From positions 372,001 to 436,000 of the forward strand of contig NIVC01000695.1 of NCBI GenBank assembly GCA_002269645.1: 64,000 bases of DNA. The letters are read 5' to 3'. This stretch comes from Macrostomum lignano. Lineage: Eukaryota. The notes below the pieces were generated by a model. The model saw only the letters and a list, made by a program, of their open reading frames with translations, did no database searches and had not been told where the DNA came from. How positions within the stretch are numbered: position 1 is the stretch's first letter; each line of letters begins with the position of its first letter. Shown here in pieces: positions 1-13,000 of this stretch. The translations under genes and the position numbers were made by a program.

Positions 1-1241
1 GCGCTTATAGTAGCCGGAGGAGGCGGGGCCATGTCAGGCTATTTATCTGGTACGAACTGATCAACAATTTTATTTTTTCTGATTTTGATCGCCTTCTATT
101 TTGTTGTCTACCTGGCGAACTACACCCGTTTTCTGGGGTACACATTCGGGTGCAGTCGTGGAACATCGTTCAAATTAAAATAAAGCAGGGGTCGGCCCAA
201 ACTTTTTTATCTCAAGGGCCATATAGAAGATAGAAGAAAGGAGAGATAGATAAGGGAAAGAAAAAAAGAGAATGCAGGAGGGGATGAGGGATGAAATAGG
301 AGAGGAAAGAGGGGAGAAGAGGAAAGAAGTGGAGAGGAGATTAGAGAAGAGAGCTGAGAAAAGAAAAATTTAAAGCGGGAAGAATGCTATGGTGAAACTT
401 CAAAGGACCGGAGGGCCGAATAAGGAGGCTTTGAGGGCCGGAGTTTGCTGACCCTTGACTTAAAATCTTTAAGCAAAGCATAACAAAGTAGCTGATTCGT
501 TTCTTCACGCAATCAAATTGCTGATTAATTAAGAGTATTAATTTATTTACTAATTAGCGGGATGACTCTCTAGATAAAAATGACAAAACTAGCGTTTGAA
601 TTGGTGCCAAAACCTAAATAGCATAAAAATCGTTTTTTCTGTAAATTTTTATGACTCAAATCCAATTAGAAACTAAAACTTACTCGCTGTCGCTATAATA
701 TAAACATCCATTGATTCAATCGCATTAATACGCTCGTAACTTGCAGGCGCCGACGGCAATAACGACATCAGTGAAAGCTTCCAATTCAGCTGACGTGTAC
801 GCCGGTGCCGGCGGCACAAACGGCTCGGCAGGTGCGTTTGGCGCCCAGTATTCTGTAAACTTGACAGTCTCCTGCCGCGGTCCCGGAGCCGGGTGGAGCG
901 GCCCGGCTCCCAAGTGCGGCTACAATCACCCCAGCGGCGGCGGTCTGAGCATCTCAGGTGGCTGGCTCGGAGGCGAGCGCGATCTTATCGGCTACGCTAA
1001 CATCGCTGGAAACGGCAGGTTTGGCGGCAGCGGCGCCGGTAGAGGCTCCTGCGTGTTGAAGCACATCGGAGCCGGAGGCGGCGGAGGCGGCAGCGGTGCT
1101 GGCTCGAAGTCTAATATCGGCGGCGGCGGTGGCGGCTCCTACTGCAGCGGCTCCGGCACTAACTGTGTGATGGTCGCTGGCAGCAACACGGAGTTGCACG
1201 GGCGAGTGCTGCTGACGCGATTAGGAGATACTTGTGGTTGA
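1..1241 (+). CDS. ALK/LTK-type glycine-rich domain protein, paralog 1 (5'-truncated by the window; exons <1-49 and 747-1241; apparent frameshift near 770-780)
   Basis: 1-49 reads ALIVAGGGGAMSGYLS, then GT donor at 50. Acceptor ttgcag at 741-746. The last exon encodes GPGAGW...SGGWLGG...GRFGGSGAG...GGGGGGSYC...HGRVLL, colinear with the 4645-5141 exon of paralog 2. Confidence 0.7.
186..457. mobile_element. hAT-like MITE with purine-rich core
   Basis: Imperfect TIRs CAGGGGTCGGC..AAAC / GTTTGCTGACCCTTG. Subterminal GGGCCGGA motifs are shared with copies at ~5.2-5.4 kb, 28312-28770 and ~31.0-31.3 kb. No clear TSD. Confidence 0.55.
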
Positions 1242-2143
1242 TTTGACCTGAGAATTTACCGAAAATCTCTTCAAATTTTAGAAGACAACCGTTCTAAAAA
1301 CAGTTTAGATCAATACATGTATGAGGACTGTTAAGCATCCTATCAATTAACGAGCTTTCACTTAATAACTTTCATTGTGTACGCTCCTCGATGGTTAGGT
1401 GGTTTGTCGAATGATTAGGCGACCTAACAACATCATGTCTAGCTAGTACTGTACATATAGTTCGTTCGTATTTATATTCGCTCGAGCAACTATATTATAT
1501 ACAGCGAGTGGAGGTGTTGCCTCAATTGATTTCACTCCAAAGTAGCGACTTGACTCGACGCTCGTATTACAAATGGGGACGAACGAGAATGGCGGAAGAG
1601 ACTGACACAAGCAATAGATGCATTTTGTGTAAGTTGATGATCCAGACCCTTTAAGTGGTCAATACTCCATCGTATATTAAGCATACAAACGTATTTTACA
1701 CGAATGTAATATAGCTCGTCGTACATTCAGAGCTTTATACTTGCAATACGCTGCTGAAGACGATTGAGAATTTTCAGTTGTACTATTGGTAAATGTTTTT
1801 TTCACTGCAAGCTATACTTGAGGGCATCCATCAGCAGTTTAAGGTGTTTGCCATTGTCGAGACAGCTTCAGGAACTTATTGACAGTTTTCAAGAACTGAC
1901 GTTTGTAAAAGTCAAAGTGCACTTCTAAAACAACTCGCGTGCAGTTAAGATATAGGCTCTTCAAGTTTAACAATAATCTACTCTAGTAACTGGCAGGTCA
2001 TTTAAAAAGTAGCTGCTCGAACAGCCCATGTCTTTATAAACAGCAGCCATTTTAAGCAGCCACCAAGAATTAAGTCCCTCCTTTCACGGCCAGTCTTCAG
2101 TTAACACCGATATCTTCGACGTACCTCGTAGCTGAAATTGCAA

Positions 2144-5141
2144 ATGTCCATCTATCTGCTAGTGGGTCTACTAGTTGCTCGCATCATGGGTGAGAATTAT
2201 ACTTATGTAGCTGTGCTTTTTCATAGATTTTTTCATCTTTTTAGCGCAATTTTCTTCTCCAATTTGATTTCAGCTACGAATGGCCGCGAGTTCGAGCTTG
2301 TACCCAGTCGATCGATCGTCATTGACGACTCGGTGAGCAGCAGCGTATTCAACGAGTCCGACAACTTTCGCTCCGACGCTGAATGTCTGTCTTGGTGCGA
2401 GCAACGACTGTGCGTTGTGGCAGTCGTGAATGACACCAGTCGCGTCTGCCAGCTGGTCTTGATCAATGATGAGTCATCAGGTCAGCCTGGACCGAACGGC
2501 AGTCACGTGACAAGACAGCTCGGCTCGCCCGGCAACTTTGCAGTTCGTGTGTGGAAATCGGATGATTTTGAGCGACAGCTGAAGACGAGAATGATCTTTC
2601 AAGACCGCTTGTTTTCTCGTAAGTCGTTTGCAAAGTACAAGTAATCAACGTGTATTAAAATCAAGGCACTATACATGTATAAGGGTCCTAAGACCCTATA
2701 AACTGTATGACTTGACCGGGTGATAACGTCAAGATAAAGAGTATGAGCATCTAAACTTGCTTTATTGCTTACGAATTCAAAATTCAGCCAAGGACTACTC
2801 AAGTAGAAGGACAGGAAACCTGGTTTCTTGGAAAGTTTTAAGAGGCTGGTTTTTTCGAAAAAAAATTCTCCTTTGTAGTCAGTGCGTTTGCGTCTGTGGT
2901 AAAAACCTATCGAAGTAATGCTTTTTGAGGACTAATTTAATAATAGATCGGCCTCCAAATTTTGTAGTTTCCCGGCCGTAGTTATAGAGTAGTCACTGCA
3001 AAGTACTCAATTTTTCGGAAAAACCTGCTTTCTAACATTTTCCAAGAAACGTTTCCAAGTAGTCCTTGATTTCAGCATCGAAGCATTCCATGAAAGTAAT
3101 TTTACGTATCGTCATGCTTAGCTTAACGGTGATTAAATACATATACCTGCATATTTCAGCTAGCGGCATTGGTCGAAACGGAATTATTCAAAACAGCATC
3201 ATCAACGTTTCCGGTTGCTATCGTATTGAAGCATTCGGAGCCGCTGGTGGAAGAGTACCGGTTAGACTGAGCACTACGATGAAAGGCGGAAAAGGTGCCT
3301 CTGCGTTTGGAAACTTTTATCTGGTTGCCGGGACCCGACTTAATATTGTTGTTGGTCAGGCTGGAGGCAATACAAGCTGCACCTACGGCGCTGGAGGCGG
3401 CGGTGGCAGCTTTGTCTACACCCTCGGCTCCAGTGGCGCGGCTCTACTGCTGATCGCTGCCGGGGGCGGTGGCGGCGGTTCCGTTCACTTCAGTGGTTAG
3501 TGTGGATACTATAAGTTTAACAGCACTGTGCCCGTAGAGCAATGCGACGTAGCTGGTAACGTTCCCGAAATCTATGACAAATATGTACTTTTACATAGAC
3601 CGACGTTCAGCCGATGTATGACGTCATTTATGTAATGGCGGCATTAGTCGCACATTATAGGGTCAGGAAGGCAGAGGGTCAGGAAGGGATAGAGGGTCAG
3701 GAAAAGATAGAGGGTCAGGAAGGGAGAGGGTCAGAAAGGGAAAGAGGGTCAGGAAAAGATAGAGGGTCAGGAAGGGAGAGGGTCAGGAAGGGAGAGGGTC
3801 AGGAAGGGAGAGGGTCAGAAAGGGAAAGAGGGTCAGGAAGGGAGAGGGTCAGGAAGGGAGAGGGTCAGGAAGGGAGACGGTCAGGTAGGGAGAGGGTCGG
3901 GAAGGGAGAGGGTCGGGAAGGAAGACGGTCAGGAAGGGAGAGGGTCAGGAAGGGAGAGGGTCGGGAAGGGAGAGGGTCAGGAAGGGAGAGGGTCAGGAAG
4001 GGAGAGGGGCATGAAGGGAGAGGGTCAGGAAGGGAGAGGGTCGTGAAGGGGGTCGGGAAGGCAGAGGGTCGGAAAGGGAGAGGGTCAGGAAGGGAGAGGG
4101 TCAAGAAGGGAGAGGGTCAGGAAGGGAGAGGGTCGGGAAAAGAGACGGTCAGGTAGGGAGAGGGTCGGGAAGGGAGAGGGTCGGGAAGGGAGAGGGTCAA
4201 GAAGGGAGAGGGTCAGGAAGGGAGAAGGTCGGGAAGGGAGAGGGTCGGGAAGGGAGAGGGTCGGGAAGGGAGAGGGTTGGGAAGGGAGAGGGTCAAGAAG
4301 GGAGAGGGTCAGGAAGGAGAGGGTCAGGAAGGGAGAGGGTCAGGAAGGGAGAGGGTCAAGAAGGGAGAGGATCGGGAAGGGGGGTCGGGAAGGCAGAGGG
4401 TCGGAAAGGGAGAGGGTCAGGAAGGGAGAGGGTCAAGAAGGGAGAGGGTCCGGAAGGGAGAAGGTCATTTTTTGACGATGTAATGCTAAAGTACATATTT
4501 GTCATAGACGTCGATAGACGGCCGACGTCGGATTGCGGTTCGGGTCTGTGCCACAATTCAAGCTTTTTACTGTGGCATGTACATGTTACAGACTCGAGTA
4601 TTTACATGTACGACGCAATTAAATATGGGGCTGGTATTTTCCAGGCATTGACGGCACTTCAAATACAACCGCCACTAGCGCTGGTCCAATTGGAAATATG
4701 TACAGCGGCAGCGGAGGAGCTTCAGGACAGGCCGGTTCAACGCCAGACAATCGTCCGATGAATTTTCTTGACTGCTCCTGCAGCGGTCCTGGTGCCGGCT
4801 GGAGCAGCTCGGCCGTCGCTTGCACCTACGCAGAGTCCGGCAAAGGCGGGATTAGTCTTTCAGGAGGGTGGCTGGGTGGTGCTCGTAGCGGCTCATGCCC
4901 AACTGGCGATGGCGGTTTCGGCGGAGGCGGCGCTGGCGGAGGCTGTTGCGATGAGCCCCGGATGGGGGCCAGTGGCGGCGGAGGCGGCTACAGCGGAGGC
5001 GGTGCCAGCTCAGGTGCCAGTGGTAGCGGAGGTGGTGGCGGTTCCTTCTGCAGCGGATCCGGCTGCGTCGTTGCTTCTGGCGCCAACGCTGAGTTACACG
5101 GGCGCGTGCTATTGCGCATGGCGGGAAGTATTTGCAAATAG
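2144..5141 (+). CDS. Secreted PAN/apple-like + ALK/LTK-type glycine-rich domain protein, ~378 aa (exons 2144-2189, 2274-~2531/2546, 3160-3495, 4645-5141)
   Basis: Signal-peptide-like MSIYLLVGLLVARIM then gtgag donor. Exon 2 has the PAN-type ECLSWCEQRLC...VCQL core. Exons 3-4 carry YRIEAFGAAGG, LNIVVGQAG, LLIAAGGGG, GGFGGGG, GGGGGYSGG and HGRVLL, motifs of the ALK/LTK glycine-rich region. All introns are phase 1. The exon 2 donor is uncertain. Confidence 0.8.
2789..3068. mobile_element. hAT-like MITE (280 bp) in intron 2
   Basis: TIR CAAGGACTACT / AGTAGTCCTTG plus ~50 bp imperfect subterminal inverted repeats. 8-bp TSD AATTCAGC / ATTTCAGC (7/8). Confidence 0.7.
3658..4465 (+). repeat. G/purine-rich minisatellite (~16-nt unit GGGAGAGGGTCAGGAA) in intron 3
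   Basis: About 50 tandem units, bracketed by a perfect 20-bp inverted repeat at 3572-3591 / 4488-4507. Confidence 0.95.
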
Positions 5142-5189
5142 TGAGAAAGCTGATAGCTGCGAATGACGGAATGTATTTAAACGTACTTT

Positions 5190-5420
5190 AGTTGCCCAGA
5201 ATGAAGTCAAGTTATGCTTTCGTGTGGTGGAGTAGAGAGAAAATTGGGGACAGAGGAGAGAATTAAGAGAGAAGAAGGAAGAAGGGGAGAGAGGAGAAGG
5301 GGAGAGGAGAGGAAGAGAGCTGAGAAGAGACACAAACTTTGAGCGGGTCGGATCTGCGAAGTTTGAAAGGACCCGAAGGCCGGATAGAGAGTCTTCGCGG
5401 CCGTATGTGACGACCCATGC
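5190..5420. mobile_element. Degenerate copy of the purine-core hAT-like MITE
   Basis: Purine tract followed by GAAAGGACCCGAAGGCCGGATAGAGAG and TGACGACCCATG, similar to the right end of the copies at 186-457 and 28312-28770. Confidence 0.4.
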
Positions 5421-6296
5421 TATAGATGTCTAGGACTCGGATGCTCGAAGTTTATGCTTATGGCCTTCTAATATTGTACCTTATTATTGTACCTTAATTG
5501 TATCTTATATACCGGAATTGTACGCATTCACTTGATACATGTACTTTTTATTTATTGTATACCCTCCCGCCATCCAAATTTCACTATCGCCTTCCCTATA
5601 TATCGTGTCTGTCTCTGTTATCCCTCGCGTTGAAATCGTGAAAATAAAAAAACTTCTCAGCTCCACATCGCACAAATCAAGACAGGCTTATTGGAAGAGG
5701 CAGAGATTGGATGAAGTTTGGGACGCAGCGACAGCACGCATCACCATAAGAAGTTCGCCGATTTAGATGAAGCAAAATGAATTGTTTGGTTCAGCCTCCG
5801 CACAAAAACTGCAACAAAGTTTGAGCACCGAGCTGTGCAATGTAAGGTGATGAATATTCTGAAAATATGTAGTGTGACTGTTTGACGACAATGGTACGAC
5901 ACTAACGGCCCATGCACCTTACTGCAATTCAATTTGAGAACTGCAATTCACTTTTTTAAACTGGCCCTCTAAATAGTATCATCAGACCGAGCTCTTTCAA
6001 GACTATACCAAGAGTAGCGTATGTGAACTCTGGTTTCCCAGCTGTATCCAGCTGTTGCGATAGCTTCTCGTCTGCTCTGATCTCTCTGATCATGAAATGT
6101 ACTCACAGCTTTCCACAGCTTCCCCAGGGAAGCTGTCAGGAATTTACTCCTTAATTTGAATGATAAAAATGATAGGCCGGATCGAATGATATAGATGAAC
6201 TAATAAATCATGAATTATGAATTAATAAATCATACCGGTAAATAAGTTCGGTATTGAATAAATAAATGAGTGAACACGACAAGCGTAAAGCTAGAA

Positions 6297-6342
<46 letters not shown>
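6297..6342. repeat. (AG)n microsatellite
   Basis: About 23 AG units with one interruption. Confidence 0.95.
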
Positions 6343-9300
6343 GGACGGTGTAGGCATGGTGGGTACTGTCCGGGCCATGCAGCGACAAGCGCGCTCTAAA
6401 TCTTGAAAAAACCGGGTTCGAGAACAAAATCATGCTGGACTCTCGATAAGAACCACCATACATGATGCAGCTGAGTATTCCAGAGCAAAAAACCCTAAAA
6501 AATTGAGTTCCAAAGTCGGTCAGGGGATATACTCTCAAAGTTGTTGCGGCTTCCGGGCTGTCCTCACAATAACCTGTTACTTGTTACTAAAATTCTACTA
6601 CTACATATAGGATTATTCACGAGGGTGCTCGTGCCTTTTGCATGTTGTGTTCTTTTTTAATGAAGCACATTTGTAATAAACGTTGCATACAGCTGTTGCA
6701 TATCTAAAAGCCATAATTGAAGGTATACATACAGCATATATACATATGTAGTTCCGTTTCAACGCATGTTTTAGTAGCATTAATTTCTAGACCTGTTTAA
6801 ATAATTGAATGTTTACCAATATAATTTCTTATATTGTTTTTGACCTAATCCTTAAAAACCTATTATTTAAAAACTAGACCTAGACAATATTATTGATCTT
6901 TGCAGTGTACGTGTAATTTTTTCCGGCAAATTGGTCTCTAAAAAATTACAGGATCTTTGAGCTCTACTACGCGCGTCCAGCTACATTAGGTAGCTAGTCC
7001 TTGACCCATAAAATTAGCACTAGGACAAACAAGAATAGTGGCGAGGGTGTGTCTCCCTTGCGCACTCCAGACCGACTGATGTCTCAAAAAAAGAAATTTT
7101 AATAAAGCAGAACTGCCTATCGCATGATCTTGCGAGTTATGTCATCATACGATCTCGATACAAAGAGCTTTACGAAGTCTACGACATATTTAATTTTTAC
7201 TGAACTAGTTTATTGCTTTAACAAATTGACACAATTTAATTTGTTTTAAGAAATAACTATTTTCACGCTATTTCAAAATGTATACGTGTAATAAAATAAA
7301 TAGGCCGAACTCAACATTTGAATTATTAGTCGAGTGCTAACTCAGCGCGCCGAGTTTAGTTAATTATTGGGCAGTAAAACAAACTACATTATAAAACAAT
7401 TATGCAAAATTATATAAATACATACAGTAAGATAAAAAAAATAAAATACAAATAAAAATAATTCATGAAATAAAATAAGTACGAAATATAATTACTTTTA
7501 AAATAGACATGAAGATAAATGGCAGGCTGCACGCTTTATGTAAAGCGTGAGATTTGGTTTCTATCTTGTAAATTAATTACTTAAAACTAATTCTATCATT
7601 AAATATGCAGGGATTTAGAAAGTTACATTACTGGAAATTTCTAGTGTACAAACGAGTCCTTTAAAGTTGGCATACACATTTTGGCATTATAGGCATCATA
7701 GGCCTTAGGCCCTATGGTAACTGGTCGTTTCGCCCATAAACCAGGCGAAATGTCCATGGCCGAAACAGTTTGGGGGCGAAACAACTGGAATTCAACCCTA
7801 CCAATCCATAGCAACTTTTTGGCATAAATTTTAGTATTAAAAAAGCAACAAATTTTGACATAAATAAAATGTGTAATAGGCCTAATGCATTATTGCATTT
7901 TTAGGCCTATATTAGATTAAGAAAAAGTAATTTATAGGAAATTGTAATTAGGCCTAGCCGCCTAGGGGCTAAGGCCTGATGGCTAATGCATAATAATTTT
8001 TAGGCTAGGCCCTATAAAATAATTTTTTGTTTAAAAATGACAAAAATTAATAAAATTTTTACAGCACTCACATCAAGTTGGTTAGAGTAAAAATCATATA
8101 ATAAAACAATTATAATGGATTTATCAGTCATTTTGATCTAATAGGCCCTAGCTTAGGCCTAGTCTAGGCTACGCCTAGCCAGTAGCCCTAGGTATTAAGT
8201 TTAGGCCTAGCCAGTGTAGCCGCCTAGGCAGGGGGGCTAGGCCTAATAAAAATCAGTTGAACCATTTTATGATTTGTTCCTCAAATCTATCACGTTACAT
8301 ATCCCTATAATCTAATCTATGTTTCAACAACTTATTTTTAACTTAAATACATAGATATTAGATATATATATATTAGAATTTAAAATTAAATTGTAAAGAA
8401 GGATTTCTGTTTTGTAGGCATAGGCCTATGTTATGCTATGCATTATTGGTAATCCTATAGTTTTGCACATGAAATTATTTTTGTTGAAAATAATTACTGT
8501 TGAGACTTTTAAAGTCTTTGACTAATATTAATAACTTTAGGCTAGGGTTAGAAAGTGACAGAATACTAATAGACAAAGACAATTAGGAAAAATTAACTTA
8601 TTATTTGTTGTCTAGGTCTACTTTTGTTTAAATGCATGATTAGATAACTTCATTCAAAGAAAGAACCTTTCCACATGGAATATACGGTATGGCAGAAAGG
8701 GTAGGCCCAAGCCTAACTATAAACAGGGCAGAGCAGTCTTTCCCAAGATTGTAACTAGGCCTAGCAGGTAGCAGTAGCTGGACAGTGGCTATACTGATAT
8801 GTGAGGGTTCCTCGACAGATATTTTCTCCTTCAAATGGATAATTCAAACAAAAAATGAATTTATGTTTTGGGATGCATTACTTACTCTGACGCCGTATTC
8901 AGCTTTAAAATTTTGTAGACAAAAGTTTTGTCTTAAAGAAAAAAATATTAGTACAAATACAAAGTGTGTCAAATCGAATTTTATCACACATTCCTTACAA
9001 AAAATTCTCACGCCAAAGAACTTATGAAGCAACGGTAGCAATGAATTTTTTGTCAGTTTCTGACGCATGTCTTAGCTTTGCAATGACACCTTAGACACAT
9101 GTCTGACTTTTGTATTTCCCGGGATATCTGCTTTCAAAGTGTGCTTTCCGTGAGTCATTCATCATCCGTACCAAGACCAACCAAATCTATGACTTATCAC
9201 TCCGTCTCTATGCTTCAATCATTTGCTCTGAAACTTCTACCACTTCTTGAGGCATGTCTGAGCTTTGCAATGACACCTTAGACACATGTCTGACTTTTGT

Positions 9301-9379
9301 ATTTCCTGGGATATCTGCTTCCAAATTGTGTGTTCCATGGGTTATGTCTATATATCTCTCGTTGCATCTTTTGCTCAAG

Positions 9380-10010
9380 CATACTGCGAGACACGCGATC
9401 AAACACATGATTGGTTTGCGTATTTCTCAAGATATTTTTTGAGCTCTTTGGTTTCAAAATGACACCTTAAGATAGAGTCAGCTAGCTTTTGTGTTATTCC
9501 TGAACAATGTCTGTTTTGTCGACATCTGACAATAGGAGTAGCGTGCTGAAACTGTAAAACGAATTTTATAGATTCAGAGTTTGGCATAAGGTGTATTAAA
9601 ATAATTTTAGGCTTGGTACATTCCCTACTTCCACTTTCTTGCTATTTCCTCCACTTCTTTCTTTCTTCTTCCGCCAGTGCGCCTCATTGAGTCCAGTGAG
9701 TAGATATTTTTCTCATCAAGAAGGATTGCTACAAGCCAAAAATGGCTTGGCGACAACATTGGAATCAGAATTTTTGTTATTTTCTAATTGTTGGATAGTG
9801 GTAAGAACAAAATGGATTGTATCGTTTCTTTAATAATTAAGATACAAGTAATTTGTATTTGCAATTGTATTTACGCTTCTTCCTGTCGCGTAGTTCGGCA
9901 AGGCTTCTTTTGTCAGAAGCAGAAGATAGTTTGGGTTGTCAATGACTGCATAAAAGTCACTTTGCTTCATGACAACAGCGTCTTCGATTCCACTAGCCAC
10001 TGCAGCCAAA
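9380..10010 (-). pseudogene. Decayed Ulp1/SENP (C48) SUMO-protease-like coding remnant, probably transposon-borne
   Basis: Minus-strand translation gives KILIPMLSPSHFWLVAILLDEKNIYSLDSM (HW and D-S motifs of C48 peptidases). It has in-frame stops and is followed by a frameshifted NQSC/CLIACLA segment. Confidence 0.55.
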
Positions 10011-13000
10011 TAGCCATATACAACCTAATATGTAACAGCATACGTGTATGGTTACAAGAATGTGAAACGTACTTAGGGAAATTACTCAGATTATACAAAA
10101 TTACGCTCACGGAGTAATCCAACCAACTAGATACATCAAGAGTTGCTAGTTGATCATAAGTTACTATTGTGCCATGAATATCTCGGACAGTGACAAAATT
10201 AGGCTCTGGCTGTGTCGACTGCTGTTTCTGAGACTGTTGCTCAGAGACTGTTGCTGAGACTGTTGCTGAGACTGTTGCCTAATTAGCATCTAGCTGGCCT
10301 ATTTGTTCTATTTTATCTATCAATGCTAATGCTATTATTTTTTAAGTCTATATAATAATGATTTTTTAAGAAAAAACACCTAGGTATTTCACACATTAAG
10401 CACAAAACAATAAATTAAACAATAAAGGTGCATAGAACAATAGATTTTTCTGCTAGAAGAGTGCGCATATTATTGGATTTAAATGTCCATAGTCAATCTA
10501 GTAAAGAACATGTTAGGCCTGGTTTCTTGATTTGAGTTTTTATTGGGGCTCCAAACCAACAATTAAGCATTAGAAACCTAAATCCTCTATAATAGAGATA
10601 GGCTAGCTGTCTACTACTATAATTTGGATTTGGATAATCAGCCTATCCATGGCATGGTTCAATAGGTTACTTTTATCCCATAGCTTATTGTCTTAAAACA
10701 TTGTGTCAATTTTTGCTTGCTTTGATAGAGAAGGACAAGGTTGTATATATGAATCCTTGTCTTTGTTGCCACTAGCATTATAGCCATAGCCAACATTTCA
10801 TACAAACCAACATGTTTGTTCTGAAGATGTCTCTAAAGTCCAATAGTTGAATAGCTAGTTGCCATTATCTGCATGAGGGGTAGGTTATAGCTTCTTTATT
10901 AGGAACTCAGTTGAAATGTTTTCAGATAAAATTTCCATGCTGATGTAGACAAATAGGTTCTATTATAATTTTATTCTTAATCATCAAATAAAATATCAAT
11001 TGAACTGAAATAGTCAAGAAGATTTATAAAGTTAATATAGAAATATTTCTTGACTAGAAAGTAGGAGATTGACTCTAGAATGCTTTTATTTATTTATTGA
11101 TACTTATAAATCAGTATATTAGTATAATAGACAAACCTATTTTGTCATAGCTAGCTAAGGATATGCAGATTAAAAAAATATAGAAAATATAACAAAGAAA
11201 AAAACTAACATGAGCTACATAGACATGTCATTCACTAAAGTAAATATATACTTATAAAATGTGAAGCAACACAAGTACACACTATGTATACTGACAAGGT
11301 GTCCATGGAAATTTCACTTTCAATTTGAAAGTCCCAAACACCCTATGTAGAACCTATTCATGATATCATTTTTGTTAAAAACCTTATATAATACTAATAG
11401 GACTAAAATGACAAAAGACTCATGACAATTATATTAGAATAAAACTTAGATTTAGATTAAATCTAGCATTATAAGTAGAGCATTGTAGTGCTATAGCTCT
11501 GGTTTCCCAGCCTACTCTATTAGTGTCAGGAAATCAATTGGTTGAAGTGATTCTGCTAGTTGTCTATTCGTGACACAGGCACAAATATAAGAGTGAGAGT
11601 GATTGTGTAGTCACAGCACATGTGCGCAATTCTAAGAAATAGCTGTTAGTCTTAAATAGGCCTAGAGTCTATTGCTGCTCCAGGCGCATAGACCTATTCC
11701 TTGCTGCCCATCTGCGCAAGATGTAGCTATTAGGTTAGTAGGAGTTAGGGTCCTCTGAGAGCTAAACTCAGACACGCACGGACATTGTTAGTGCCAGGAC
11801 TATGCAGCTTAGGCCATTTGCTACCATTGAGTCCTGTCATTTGGACATTGAAATATCTGAGACTAGTTGTTTGAGCATTATTTATTTGCATGGAACCCAA
11901 ATAGACCCCTTCATTGCAGATCCTATGGTTCCCATGCTGGTGGCAGCACTACTCTTAATCTTAGATTTTTCCCTAGTCTCAGCCCCCATAAGCATGCTTG
12001 CTAAGGTTGTCTTAGCCAATAGCAGTCTGCCTCACCCTAGCAGCCAGAAAGCTAAGTACAGGATTCCAAAACCTGCCAGACCACCTCACCAAAAACTGAA
12101 GTACAACATTGGTGATAGCAGTAGGATTTCAAGAGCATCTAGCCCAAACCCAAGCAACCCCAAATTCTTAAAGCACATCATAGATTTGAAAGCCTTTTAG
12201 CTGCCTCTAAGAAGGGTTTGACAAGCAAGAAGTATTGCAGGTTGAAGGTGATAAATATGATAATAAAAAAGCTATAATGTTAAATGGGCATCAAATAGAC
12301 AGACACCATTGATTGCAACCTTGTTGTCTTATCTGTCTTGTTTATATGCTTTGTGAACTAGAATTTTGCCACTAAAGACCTTTTCTAGGCCCATGTTCTA
12401 ACAACCAAATAAATAGCAAACTGTATATGAAATCCTCTTGCTTTCTTCCTCCATTGGCTCTGGATTAAATTTATTGCAATGAAAAAGTAATTGAAAAAAA
12501 TAACTAATTATTAAAGACAATAACTTTGTTTTTCTAAGGCAAACATGCCTAGCAAAAACCATATTCAATGTTATAACCATAGGACTATAACTTATTGCTA
12601 TACAAATGATAGCTCTCTACCAAGAGACCCAGTCTATTATATATTATAGTGACAGTACTCTATTTTTAGATTTTGATAAATTGCTTTTTAAATTCTTTGC
12701 TATTTATTTATAGCTATTTAGCATGGGCCCTACAAATTATAAGTAAGCCTACCATATGTGTTATATAACTACTTTTTGGCTGAAAAGGTGGCATTGAAAG
12801 TGGCTAGGCTCTTTGAGGTGAAAACCAGAGCAAAAGTGACACCACTGTGTCCTGTAGGAATTGTAGCTTAATTAGCAAATGGGCGAACATCTTTATTTTC
12901 CACAGCCAGATGATCTTTGGAGGCTTTGATACTTAAGCTATGGCTCAGTGTCTCTTCATGAATTTGATTTCTACTATTACTAATGGAAACCAGTTTCACC

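Noticed and set aside
2138-2644. Single-exon 168-aa ORF
   Set aside because: It reads through an 84-nt in-frame intron with clear GTGAG/TTTCAG sites; the spliced model explains it better.
3614-4556. Gly/Arg/Glu- and Pro/Ser-rich ORFs
   Set aside because: These are translations of the intronic purine minisatellite. The same applies to ORFs at 23600-24311 (3' part), 25155-25892, 26443-27006, 28238-28831, 29196-29657, 31508-31843 and 61788-62321.
11802-12200. 132-aa ORF
   Set aside because: No motifs or splice context; it lies in decayed repetitive DNA.
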